A program made the translations under genes and the position numbers. From Takakia lepidozioides (lineage: Eukaryota; Plantae; Bryophyta), in the NCBI GenBank assembly GCA_030704615.1, contig CM060732.1, positions 45,384,001 to 45,448,000 of the forward strand: DNA of 64,000 nucleotides, in the 5' to 3' direction. This document shows positions 1 to 12,525 of this stretch, one piece after another. The notes below the pieces were generated by a model. It did no database searches. It was not told the DNA's origin and saw only the letters and a list, made by a program, of their open reading frames with translations. Within the stretch, counting starts at the first letter, position 1. The number at the start of each line of letters is the position of its first letter.

Positions 1-2094
1 GTATAGACAGTGGGGAGCAGCCATGACAATGGTACGAGGCTCTATTTCATGCTTTATTCATACATTTGCTTTCCATATTTTTGACTCATGCTTTCTTTAT
101 GTGTTTCCTGTGCACTATTCTGAAGTGTGGTTTATCCTCTTTGGCAGAACATGTCCATTGAGGAAATGGCGGACATGCCATCTTGCAATTTGCAGAAACT
201 GTGCACAATGCTGGTTGCAGCAGTCTGGGAAACGAGGTCGGGATTTGTATGTGGCAACAACAGATGATTTGATCGTGCTTGCAACAACAAACCCGATACC
301 GTGATTTCTTACGAGGTGGGGTTGGTGGCAAGGGTCCGGACAAATGGGAGTTGATGTTGCGTCCTGCAAACAGATCTGGGGATCCAATCAAGATAGCACG
401 GGCGGTGAGCATTATGCCCAGGGAACGCCACTTGTTTTCTAGAGTTCCACATCTTGAAGGGGAGGAGAGATTCGGCTCCTGTAAGAGGAAATTGAACACT
501 CCACCTGGTTCGGATTCAGATTCCCACAGGGCAGACCGTGATAACTTCTCGAAGCCTCGTGTTCCCCTGCATGACAGCTCCATGTCCGGAACCTCCATTG
601 TGGAGGAACCTCCAACACGACGGCAAGCTCCAGCATCAAACCGTGCCACTGAAATGGTGCAGAGAGAAATAAACAACCCCCTTGATGTGCTTGAGTCCGC
701 ATGCCCCGACCACGTTTTGGCACATAGAACGCACAAGTGTCGGTCTCGTGTGAATGTACAGCGATCAGGGCAACTAATTTCGAGAAGTGCACTTCATCTA
801 TATCCAGAGGTGGTGCCCGAACTCCTGCTCCGACTTTCACGGCAAGCTGGTGCACGAATGGTGCGAACTTGAGTCATCCGCTCCGCACTTTAGAAAGCAC
901 AAGGGTCTCGTGGAATGCGTCAGGGCACTAACGGATATCAACCACCCTGCTCCGAGGGCTTGAGTCCAAGAACCAACAAGTTCTGGTTCTGCGCAGATGA
1001 TTGTGCCAGATGTGCATGAACTGTGCGTCCTTCCGTAGTGATGAAGCCATCTCCTCCAACCGTTTGCCCGTAAAAGGTGGGACACATCTCAGTTTTCGGA
1101 GATTGAAAGCTGGAGGAGGAAAGGTTGTTCCCTTGCGAGACAACCCCAACTCCATGCAGTGATACTACTCCTGCGCCTCCCGGGTCCCCCCGGCAAATCC
1201 TGACTTGTGGCCAACCAAACGAGATGGAAAGCTCGTTCGGGTTCCCTCCAACCGCTGAACACTTTGGCCAAATGGAGTCCGCAAGAATGCTCCAAGCTCG
1301 TGTCGGAAGCACACGGAAGTACCCGATCCAGGATATGGTCGGGTATTCACAATCATCACTTCCACATCTGCTGTTCATGACAGGACCTACGACATCACGG
1401 TTTCCAATTTCCCCAATTGCACATGTCCTGATTTGTGGATATGCTATCACCAGTTTGGCAAGAGAGGTAAATTCATACCCTGCAAACATTTGTATTTGGG
1501 ATGACCATGATTTGAAATGTGTAATTCCATCAATTTCGTCGGCTGTGCAATGATATGGCCTCCAACTATACGGAGTGAGGTCTGAATGACAACTTTTAGG
1601 TAGTGCACATTTGTCATTGCACCGTTCGAAGTCTACATGTCTTGCTGTCGCTATGCACTACAATCATCTTTTGAAGATGATCATAACTCTCATTGTTATT
1701 TGAGGAGGGGGAAGTCTTCTCGTGGCAGCCTTTATGGCGCACACTTTGTGAGGTATTTTGTCGTCTTCGTAATTGTAAAAGTGAAACAAGCATTTGTAAT
1801 TGCACAATGTTGGATGCTGCAATTGTAGGCCTCAACGCTTCGTCTTCATTCTATTTAGGCAAGATTCCCTGCATTAATTCACGGTAATAGGACCATCCAC
1901 GGTATAGGCGGGCGCATGTTAATGCTGACATGGCATTGACGGACAGTGCCACGTCATCATTTACCGCCACATCAGCATGCTGACATGACGCTCACGCCAC
2001 GTCAGCGTGTGTGCAGGCTCACGCCACGTCACTCCTGCGTGAGCGTACGCTCGCGCGCTCACGTGCAACGCTCACGCCATTGCGTCGTTGCCCC
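1..2094 (+). mobile_element. 3' part of a degenerate Mutator-like (MULE) DNA transposon, truncated by the window start
   Basis: Contains a transposase remnant homologous to 5683-9121. Subterminal GCCACGTCA/GCTCACG repeats at ~1915-2080 end in GTTGCCCC at 2094, where a retro-protease frame is abruptly interrupted. Confidence 0.7.
150..1500 (+). pseudogene. MULE-type transposase C-terminal half with SWIM zinc finger (frameshifted)
   Basis: Across frames reads ADMPSCN.AETVHNAWLQQSGKRGRDLYVATTDD..QQQTRYRDFL..GPDKWEL (DDE glutamate region; matches DMPNTNMAESIHSSW..TTEDIDRAIMQQATYYKFL..GPDREEL at ~7100-6890). SWIM-like YDITVSNFPNCTCPD...PCKHLY at ~1387-1500. Confidence 0.7.
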
Positions 2095-3059
2095 GAGCCT
2101 GCTCTGATCCTCCCAGATACGTCTGTATCTGGAAAGGACAAGGCTCCATATCCGCCTCCGTGAGGCCCAAGCCTGCAATAGCAGCTCTGCCCAGCAGCTG
2201 AGCTTCTGAGTCCAACAAGACCCGCAGTGGCCGGTACCTCTTGCCTGCCGATCCACTCAAACAGAAAATGCCATCCTGGTTGTCCAACATGACAACTCCA
2301 GGTGTCACCATGGCGCGCTCAATGGCTGGCAACACTAGGTAGTGGTAGCTCTCCCCAATGACATAGTAACCTCCGCCTCGGTAATAGTCGGGCGAGAACT
2401 AGGTGCCATGGATGGCGTCGACATTGTCTCCACCAATGTGAATGACTGAGGAAGCCTAGCATGACGGCTTGCCTCCCCACGCTGTGGATCCAACTCCACC
2501 TCTGCACCTCGTGGCTCAGGAACTCGTGCCGCTCTTCGAGTCACGGCTGCAGCAGACTCCACCTGCACTAGTGGTAGTGCTGCTCCGCACATGAATCCCA
2601 TGCCTCCCATATCTCCTCCCTCAAGAGCGGGAGGTGGACCATCCGGCCTTGGAGCCGGTACCACCTGAGGTGTAGCCATGGCAGCGAGCCTCTGCTCTAG
2701 CTGCTGAAGCCGGTTGGCCATGCCTTGGTCAACACCCTGACCTCCGCGTCCTTGGCCATGTTGAGCTTGCCCTTGGCCTGCATCTCGTGCCTGGCCACCT
2801 CGTCCTCTCTGGGCTGCTCCACCTCGCCCCCGGCCACCATTGTTCCCTTAGAACTGGCCTGGGCGCAACTCAGGATGCAAACCATAACACTGGGCCTCTC
2901 CATGCCCGTGCTTGCCACAATGCCCACACTACAAACTGTGCAGGCTGTGCATGTGCCGGCCCTTTGCTTCCCTCTGGGCAATCCTTCTTGACATGGGGTC
3001 CTCCACATGTCCAGTACACCACATCCGCCCGTTGTTGGCCAGCAAATGAAGGGAGAAAC
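2095..3059 (-). pseudogene. Retroelement gag C-terminus (zinc knuckles) plus aspartic protease fragment (family B)
   Basis: Minus strand encodes WTCGGPHVKKDC and CGHCGKHGHGEAQC knuckles and RVLLDSEAQ...LGL...CPFQIQT (LLDSG-type protease motif); frameshifted. Confidence 0.7.
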
Positions 3060-4073
3060 TATCGAACGGCTTTTACTCACCCATCCCTTCTCTATCCGAG
3101 GTGGAAACTCCAAGATAGAAGAGTTGGATATTTCTAAGCACTCAGCCCGCTCAGTACAATCAGTCATGACCTACAGCTAGTGAATCATGGTTGTGCTTCC
3201 CATTTGTATTCCTTTTTGCCTTCATGTTATCAATTCACCTTATCTGATACTGAAGCATCAGATTGCTTCAGTATCTACTTAATTCCAATTAATCATGCAT
3301 TCATTCATTCAGCTTCACTCATGTCTCTCTACACAGTGTGCTTGTATCGAATAAGTATCAGATTATGATTTATCAGGTATCAGGCCGCCATGGTGACTCT
3401 AATCTGCCCTACAGTTTCACTACAGCTTTGCATATAACAAGCATCTACTGTTCATCTCTCCTCCTTCTCCGTGTTCTCCTTCTTGCTCTTCTCCTGATCT
3501 CCTCTCATACATGACCAAGAAGTGCTCCCCGTGAACTATCCCCGTGAACTGTCCACTCTTTCCGTTGCCGCTCCTTTTATCTGCCCGCAAGCTGTTCTAA
3601 CCACCTAACTAATTACCCGTCATCCCTGTAGTAACACGTTCCTTCTGCAGATTCGTTCACTCACAGTCGTCCCTCCCTGCCAATGATAACTGTTCCCCAT
3701 GTACTGTACAGGTTGTGTCAAGCTGTGCCGACTGTGACTTGGCGTGTAAGGCTGTGTCGGCTGTGTTGGCTGTGACGGGCTGTGCGAAACTGTGGCGGCT
3801 GTGACTGGCTGTGACGGGCTATGCGAAACTGTGTCGGGCTGTGTCGGGCTGTGACGGGCTGTGTCGGGCTGTGTTGGGCTGTGTCGGGCTGTGACTGGCT
3901 GTGTTGGGCTATGTCGGGCTGTGACGGGCTGTATCGGGCTGTGTCGGGCTGTGTAACCCCCCTAAAGTCTGCTGCTGCCACCCCTAAGGCTCCTGTTGGT
4001 CTCAGTCTGCGCAAAAATTAAGGGTACCCCACAGAACCCGTAAAAGGTCTAAGTCCCAAGCAGCCCTCTAACA
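3060..4073 (-). repeat. 3' LTR of the older Gypsy family-A copy (A1)
   Basis: Homologous along its length to the LTR at 15761-16756 (CGGCTTTTACTCACCCATCCCTTC ... CCTCTAACA); followed by the PPT complement TTTACCCCTCCCCTCT at 4074-4089. Confidence 0.9.
3712..3954. repeat. GCTGTG/CACAGC-based ~10-bp tandem repeats inside the LTR
   Basis: Directly visible GGGCTGTGTC / GGCTGTGAC units. Confidence 0.95.
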
Positions 4074-4090
4074 TTTACCCCTCCCCTCTC

Positions 4091-4837
4091 AAAAAGTCGT
4101 GTCCTCACGGTTTACTGTTTGGGATTAGCAAACCGTTTTGAGCGAGCACCTTTCTGACGGTGAGAGTCTCGTGAAGGACTCCGTGTGCGAGCCCGAATCC
4201 TGTCACTGGTTGACGGAGATGATTGAGCACTACCTGGAAATGTCTGACCCTCCTTTGGCTGATAACGAGGTAACCTCTCAGGCATAGGAGATCCCCGTCG
4301 TTTCTTCTCTGCCATGTGAATTGCATAGTCCTCTGCCATGTCAAAAGAGTCCGCTGAAGAAACAATAGTATCAGAATCCTCATCTCCCTTTAGGTGTTTT
4401 ACCGGCCGAACTTTAAGTGGAATCCTTTGTGGCATACAATGTTGTCTAACCATATCTGGAAGTTTAATTGTACAACTTGTTGTAAGTGCTGGCACGCAAA
4501 ATTAGTGAACGTTCTGAACTCCTTATCTGTATAGGTAAGAGGTGTTCCAATGACTTGGGAACAGTGCAAGTATTTCCATGCCTCATGTCCCTTAAAGAAA
4601 ATATCGTCAGGGCTGAATTTTTGTGTTGTCAAATTGTTCCAAGCCGAATGAAACCATGAACGAAGTTGGGAATATTTCTGCATCATAACTTTTGCATCAT
4701 ATAGGTACATATGAGTGGCACTGAAGGTAGACCCAATGATCCCCACTGGAATAACTCAGAAATCGCGATTGCATCCTCTGCTGCTCATGTATAACGTGCC
4801 AGAAACAGGCAGCACGTAATATCCACAGCCCATGAAA
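4091..4837 (-). pseudogene. C-terminal remnant of the Gypsy A 3' accessory ORF (A1 copy)
   Basis: HMYLYDAKVMMQKYSQLRSWF and GDEDSDT..RGSPMPERLPRYQP match the proteins encoded at 16789-17795. Confidence 0.8.
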
Positions 4838-4910
4838 GAGGTTTACTATTTCATGAGCAGAAACCATGAGCCATGAGCCATGAGCCGCATGAGCCGCATG
4901 AGCGGTGAGC
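4838..4910 (+). repeat. Left TIR with CATGAGC subterminal repeats
   Basis: CATGAGC repeated about 6 times; inverted counterpart at 33259-33310. Confidence 0.85.
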
Positions 4911-5682
4911 GAAGTCTAAGATACGCGGATTTCATGAGCGGACTCCTCCAAATTTGAAATGCGGCAGATTAAACAAGTATTAAAATAATAGTTTTTTAAT
5001 TTGACCTTGCCGTTTTTGGACGTTCCAGATCATGTAATGCGGCGAAGATATGTCGTCAGTAACAAGTCCGCTCATGGTTTTTTAGATCCGCTCATGGAAA
5101 TAAGTGACCGTGCAACGGGAAATCCAGTATACCACTGCAAAGGACGTCGCATACTGGCCTGTATAGAGTATTCCGATTTTACATGCCTTAACATTGGAAT
5201 GAAGCTGACCCTTTTGCCGCGATTGAACCAATGGAGTCTGCACAATACAGTCTGCAGTACTTCACAATTCTGTCTTCTTCGGGTATTCGGCGGGAAAGGT
5301 TTGCAACTGAACTGGGAAATAGGGTGCCGCATTAGGGTTCGCACGTGCGAAATTTCGGAGCGGTTTGGTGTTGGCGAAGGCCGCTCTGGGGGTACCTACG
5401 ACGATACTTGGAAATGCGGCGCCGCATTTCCTTGTCGGAGGCGAATGAGGAAAGCAAGTTTTCGGAAAGCAGAAAAACATGAACCCTCCAACATACAAAA
5501 ATACATGCACGTGGAAACAAGTGAACGATATAGTAATTCTTAGTTCGAGCAAAACACAGGTACTGGTAGGCAAGACATATGTCGGACCTTTTGTGTGGCC
5601 AGAGTCTGAGGTACTGGCAGCAGTACAGTTCTACTATCCGAAAAGGATGGGCGTACCATTGTATGGGGACCGCAAGCCAAGC

Positions 5683-8600
5683 TCACTGGTCCCCTGGATC
5701 CATATTCAGAAGAGTGTGAACCTCCTGGGGGCTCAACCGGTGCATGTATGAAGTGATGAGTGTGGAATTACAACGGAGTCTCTTTAGGTACACGTAGTAC
5801 AAATGCTTGCAAGGGCAGTATGATGCCCCCTTGTTCGCCATGATCTGGAAGTCGGTGCAATTGCAGGTGGGTAATTCTGAAATGGTGATGGTGTACACCT
5901 CATTGCGAACAGCTGAGCCCGCCGTGGCCATCTGATACACACGCCCGAATCCTGGTGGGGGCACTTCTGTCGAGCTCTGGATTGTACAGTTCATCCGAAG
6001 TGCATTCCCCATCCTTGTCTCGTTCACTTTTGAGGGAGGTCGCCGCCTCTTCGGTTTCCCCCAACGGTGTGTAGGATGCTTAGAGCTGTCGTGTCCCATT
6101 GTTCTTGCTCTCACAGGGGTCGGTGGTGGAGGCTGTGGAAGCGGAAATGGTTGTCTGGGGACGTCAGTGCGCTGCACCATCCGAAATCCTGCGGCGGTAA
6201 GGGCGTCGGCCTCAACCTGACTCAGATCGCAGCCTGGTTCCACCGGCACACCGGGGAGCCTCTGGCATTGTTTGTATGCCGTACTTGGGCTTTCCATACA
6301 CGCAAGTCATAATGTCGTGCCTGCAGAACCAGAACTGGGTGGTTGTCGCCTCCGCAAACTTTGCATGGACAAATCTTCCTGTAAAAGTAGGAGCAGGGAC
6401 AGCCCCATCTGGATTCCTCCTTATCATCTCTAAACAACGTTGCCGTGTATCCACACGAATTGCGGAACACCTTCCTCGAAACGACGGCTTTGTGCGAGCA
6501 ATTCTCCACTGTGATGCAGACACAGTCGTCTCCACAATGGCTTGGCCATACTGCATAACAGCGGGCGGAATGCTGGGGCAAGGGAGCGGTGGGAATTTTT
6601 TGCACGAAATCCCCGGTTGAAGGCGACGGCGATCTGGAATTTCTTGGGCTTCCACTGCTAGAAGACACATTGTGCGGCAACATGACGGGACCTCGAGGTG
6701 CTGTCCGAATGTTCCTGTCGGATCTCCAGGAATCCTCTTCGCACCCGGGTTCCTCTTCAATCCTCCGCCTGACAGGGCGAGTCCGGACGTCCCCTCTTAG
6801 GTGTTCACCTCTGCGGTGCAGAGGCGTCCTTTGATCTTCTCTCGCAATGCTGTCGCCCATTTCACTGGATTCTTGGACCTCGAAGTGTTCGTACAACAAT
6901 TCCTCTCTGTCCGGCCCAAAGCCCATTGTTTGCCGACTCAGGAACTTGTAGTACGTGGCTTGCTGCATGATTGCTCTGTCGATGTCCTCCGTTGTGGCCG
7001 TCACTACGTCCCACCAGATGTGCGGCAGAAGACGCTCGCCAGGAGGAGTGGATCGATTCTGCCATATTCGTGTTCGGCATGTCCGTGTCGGAATCCAAAA
7101 GCACCGCTCCTAGAGGACACAAACAATGGGAGGGACAATCGAAATGTCCGTAACAGAAAGACAAATGAACGAAATTGACACAGCCTATCTCCGCATGTAC
7201 TGTCCGAGACTGTCGATACCGAAAATGCCACCACCCAACCAGCTGTGCAATGCTCCCAGATTGGTTGTCTCCACTGCACTGACGTGTTCCACCCTTCCAC
7301 GCCGTACAAAGGACACGGTGTTCAGCCTGGAATGAGCTAGCAACAAATTTGGTAGTGTAGTGGGATAGACTCTGCATCCAATGGAATCCACAGGATCTCT
7401 CTTTCCCCTCCATTGGAACATTGGGGTCCTCACCGTACACACGTCGATACCGAAAATTTCCACCACCTACCACCTCCCCAACCTCTGTGCAATGCTCCCA
7501 GATTGGTTGTCTCCACTGCACCTGACGTGTTCCACCACGCTCGATGATAGCAAAACTTAACCTCCGCGTCATCAAATGTGGGTGCATCCTTCCATCGATA
7601 CCGAAAATTTCCACCACCTACCACCTCCCCAACCTCTGTGCAATGCGCCCAGATTGGTTGTCTCCACTGCACCTGACGTGTTCCACCACGCTCGATGATA
7701 GCAAAACTTAACCTCCGCGTCATCAATGTGGGTGCAAATCCTTCCACGCCGTACAAAGGACACGGGTTCAGCCTGGAATGAGGTAGCCAACAAATTTTGG
7801 TAGTGTAGTGGATAGACTCTGCATCCAATGGATCCACGGATCTCTCTTTCCCCTCCATTGGACATTGGGGTCCTCACCGTACACACGCCGCACCGCTGCC
7901 CAGTTGGCCTGAGCGTTGTCTGCCATGATCCCCTGAAATTGGGCTCTGGCAATCCCGCCCTTGCCATCTGCTGGTTTATGCCCTCCCACAGATGCATCTC
8001 GGACTGTGTTGTCCTCCCCTTTCATCTCGCAGATTGCAATCGTCATGAGCCTCTTGGAGTGATAGTCATAAACATGCGCACCCATAGTCACCCACTGATG
8101 GTTTGTAATTCGCTTGATGTGATCAAACATCACCCAAGCATTCGACAAGTTTCCAGTTGTCATGCGAGTGACCAAGTCGACTCCACTCCCAGGCCCACAC
8201 GTCGACATTTTGAAAATGTAACAACGATCGGATTCGCTTGCCTTGCCCTGGAAACCTGCTACCTTGGATGTAGTCATATCCAGTCATTCTATGACACTGG
8301 GTACCTCAATGCAATCATCTCCTCGTCGGAAATGTCGAATACGTCCACACGAGAAGCTATGGAGGTCTTGACGGTCCAGGTCGGGAACGATTATCGTTGC
8401 ATACCTCTCTGTTGGCAATGGCCCGCCTCTCGTTTTTCGAGGACTCCTTTGTGGATGGTGTGGGTAGCGGACTGATTCGGAAAGGGAATGGGCATTCCCA
8501 CAGCTCGGTACAAGGATGGTTCTGACGGGGAACGTGCCATTCGATTCGCAACCTCCGTCGTTACCCTCACCGACAATGGTCCTCGTCAACCTGTCGGACC

Positions 8601-9121
8601 AACCTTCCTTTTCTTCCAAATAAACTGTGCCCGGTTTGAGCTTGAATTTGGAACAAAGGTAATTTTCTGAAATGTCTAATACGTCCACACGAGAAGCTAT
8701 GAGGTTCTTGACGGTCCAGGTCGGGAACGATTAGCGTTGCAATACCTCCTCTGTCTGTCCAAGGGCCGGCCGCCTCTCGGTTTCGCGACTCCTTTGTGGA
8801 TGGTGTGGGTAGCGGACTGATTCGGAAAGGGAATGGGCATTCCCACAGCTCGGTACAAGGATGGTGTCTGACGGGGAACGTGCCATTCGATTCGCAACCT
8901 CCGTCGTTCCACCTAGCACGACAATGGTCTTCGTCAACCTGTCCAGAACAGCCTTCCTTTCTTCTTCCAAATAAACTGTGCCCGTGTTTGAGCTTGAATT
9001 TGGAACAAAGGTCCGTTTCAGTCAACTCTGCAAAAGTCCTCTCCTCGTTTGGGATCCGGCTCTCCCCAAGTTGCGGAGGATAGCCAAACTGATAGCGTAG
9101 GAATTCGGAGCCATCGAACAC
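5683..9121 (-). pseudogene. MULE-type DDE transposase with C-terminal SWIM zinc finger; frameshifts and internal duplications
   Basis: WVMFDHIKR (first D), FQGIMADNAQANWAAVRRVY (second D), ERSCGFHW (CxxH), PNTNMAESIH (E), and SWIM YTITISELPTCNCTDF...CPCKHLYYVY. Confidence 0.8.
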
Positions 9122-9551
9122 CGCACGGAGTTGGCAAGTGCCGGTTCAGTATAGCGCAGACCAAGTCTCACAGGCATCAGTTCATCTAAGTGGATCTACG
9201 GGTCCATCGACGATTGGAAGTCGCACATTGAAGGAAAGTATGTTTTCAAGCTACATGCATGAAGGTGGGAGGTTTGATTCCATAGCCAGTGAGTATGACA
9301 ATGATGGCCGATTCGGCGACGAAATAACATCTCATGACAGTTTCTTCTCCTGAGGGTGGATCCATCAGTATTTTTCTCGGTGCAGACAGGAACGTTCGCA
9401 CTGACAAGTGCCAGGACTGCTGGTTAAAACGGTCAGACAACCAAGTTGTGCTCATCAAGACTGGCCGCAATTGTGTTGTTTCGGAACAATGCAACCCATT
9501 GAGGTTCCAGATTTCCCCGTCCCGAGTGATTTCTTTTCGATTGCTGGTGGA

Positions 9552-11198
9552 CGGAAATACGGCGCCGCATTTCCGTATTGCATCTTGGACATGCAACCAA
9601 AGCGACGGAAATGCGGCACCGAGTTTCCGTCCGGGGGAAACTTATACTCTCCAGAACGGAAATCGGTAACGCATTTCCATCCAGCAACACGGTATGTGAA
9701 GGTGGAACGGAAATGCGGTACCGCATTTCCGTTCTGATTGAGATTTATGAACAACGGGAACAAAAATGCGGCACCGCATTTTCCGTCCGAGTCGCACTTT
9801 TCTGACATTTCAGAACGGAAATGCGGCGCGCATTTCTTTTTGTATCTGATGCATGGAGCTGAGGGATAGAAATGTTGCAGCAACATTTCCGTCCTTTAAA
9901 GACATTCATACTCTCCAAACGGAAATGCGGTACCGCTTTTCATTCAACAAGCACGGTATGTGAAGGTGGAACGGAAATGCGGTACCGCATTTCCGTTCTG
10001 ATTGAGATTTATGAACAACGGGAACAGAAATGCGGCACCCGCATTTCCGTCCGAGTCGCACTTTCCGACATTCCAGAACGGAAATGCGGCGCCGCATTTC
10101 CATTTTGTATCTGATGCATGGAGCCGAGTGCGATTCCGACAGCTTCATACATCGCAATTCCGACCGCTTGAGACATTCATACTATCCTGAACGGAAATGC
10201 GGTACCGCATTTCCGTTCTGACTGAAAATCGTGAACCATATGAACTGAAATGGGGCAGCGTATTTCCATCCGAGTCGCACCTACCAACATTCCAGAACGG
10301 AAATGCGGTACCGCATTTCCGTTCTGACTGAAAATCGTGAACCATCGGAACTGAAATGCGGCAGCGCATTTCCATCCGAGTCGCACCTCCCAACATTCCA
10401 GAACGGAATGTATTAGATTCAAAAGGGAAATGCGGCACCGCATTTTCCGTTCTGATGAAATATCCTGAAACATCGGAACTGAAATGCGGTACCGCATTTC
10501 CGTCGGGTCGCACCTTCCGACATTCCAAAACGGAAATGCGGCGCCGCATTTCCGTTTTGTATGTGAGGCATGGAGCTGTGGAACGAAAATGCGGCACAAC
10601 ATTTCCGCCAGCGTCAGACGTTAATACTCTACAGATCGGAAATGCGGTACCGCATTTCCATTCTGACTGAAAATCGTGCGCAACGGGAACAGAAATGCGG
10701 CACCGCATTTCCGTTTTGTATATGGGGCCTGGAGCTGTGCTACGGAAATGTGTTGTCGCATTTCCATCCATGTGAGACCTTCAAACTTTCCAGACCGGAA
10801 ATGCGGCACCGCATTTCTGTCCAGGTGAGACCTCTATACTTTCCCGAACGGAAATGTGGCACGGCATTTCCATTCATCAACTAACGTATGTGAAGTGGGA
10901 ACGGAAATGCGGTACCGCATTTCCGTTCACATTGAAAATCATGAACCACGGGAACTGAAATTTTGTGCCTCATTCCCGTCCCAATCGCACCTTTCGACAT
11001 TCCAGAACGGAAATGCGGCGCCGCATTTCCCTTTTGAATCTCATACATGGAGCTATGGGACAGAAATGCGGCACCGTATTTCCGTTCAACAACTAAGGTA
11101 TGTGAAGGTGGAACGGAAATGCGGTGCCGCATTTTCTTCCAACAAGTACGGATGTGTAGCTTCGTGATGGTACTTAACGCAAATGCGGCGCCGCATTC
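9552..11198. repeat. Array of ~30 palindromes GGAAATGCGGYRCCGCATTTCC with a 53-bp period
   Basis: Hand-counted centres include 10542, 10595, 10648, 10701, 10754, 10807, 10860, 10913, 10966, 11019, 11072, 11125. The perfect 24-mer CGGAAATGCGGTACCGCATTTCCG occurs at 9708, 9972, 10192, 10298 and 10902. Confidence 0.95.
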
Positions 11199-12525
11199 AC
11201 ATTTTCGCTCGAACTGATCAGACGCTGGGACGGAAATACCTTGAAATGTGAACACGTGGAGCAACGGAATTGCTGCACATGTCGGCACTCTATCTGACTG
11301 AAGGGGCATGAGGCGGCGCGGCCTGACCGTTGGATAATGATGTTTGTTTTTCGGACGGCAGGCGTACCCTCAACGATTCGAATTTCGTAATGACGCAAAG
11401 TCCACGAGGAGACACTTTCGTCCAACCCTTTCGAACCCAAGTGGTGCATCACCGCCGTTTCATCTACTTTTGTCGTGTCTCCTCAGTCACCCCTCTCGCG
11501 CCCTTTCCATCTGCACTCTTTGCCCCTTTTCCCTCTCTCTGTTCTTCTTATGCTCGAACCTGAGAGGGGGGGAGTTCGTGCACCAACCAGGAGACCTCGT
11601 CGCAAGCTCTGGAAATTATACTTCGGACGTAGGCCAATGCCGAAGGGGAGGAAGCAGATGCGTCTACAGGAGGAGATTGCCATCTCCAAGCAGCAGGCCA
11701 CTCAGGCAACCCAGCCACCAGTGAGAGCTCCATGCGATCGGGCTGCGCGCAGCTGATCGAGCACCGAACCCCCCATTTTGCTTCTGTAATTCTTAGACTG
11801 AATGCTAGGAGACTTGAATGCAGAACATGTTTGCATGCCTAACAGGAAAGGTGGACGTGCTGGAGGGATCGCAGGAATCCGAAGAGCCGCAGGAAGAGTC
11901 CGAGGAGCTAGCTGCAGCACGTACACCCACCCGATCCCCGAGCACGGGTATTCCTGCCGGGCCTAGCCCTGTGCGATTCAAAGACGCGTCTTCGAAGGGC
12001 AAGTTCAAAGTCCCAGAGATCGACTCGCGTTCTTCGGTCATGGAGAATCGCCAGCAGGGGTCGGGCCCTTCTCCAGCAAAGTCGAAGAAGAAGCAGCCCG
12101 TCCCTCTACTGGCTTCTGAACCGGCTCAGGCCGATTCACCCCCCCAACGCGAATGAAGCAGCAGGGTAGAAGACAGATTCAATTGCAGCAGACACCTTCA
12201 CCTGCAAGGATGAGGAAGCAGAAGGCAATCAGGGCGACGGGCGAACAATCTCCCGCAAAACCGCTTCCACGAGCTGAAGCTCAGTTCCTGGAGGATTTCC
12301 CGCCTGCAGATGTTGGGGCCGACTCTGCTGCAGCGAAGGCAATGGGTTCGACCGTTGATCTCGATTTGGTACCGGAGGAGGGTGCTGCCGCTGAACGTTC
12401 GCAGGCAGACCTCACCACCGATGAGCAAGCAGGCCCGGAGGAGGCCTCTGCAATGGCAGAATTGCCCGCAGACAGGCCCCAGAGTGCAGCTCCAGTTGAG
12501 GATGCCACTACCGGCACCTACAGAC

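Noticed and set aside
9552-11198. Bona fide CRISPR array
   Set aside because: Repeat and spacer sizes fit, but spacers recur in higher-order units, no cas gene is recognisable, the context is eukaryotic, and the same motif is scattered singly in introns.
9246-11309. ORFs with repeated KCGTAFP / GNAAPHF / EMRRRIS peptides (also 5001-5573 and 30038-30946)
   Set aside because: These are translations of the palindrome in all frames on both strands; there is no independent coding evidence.
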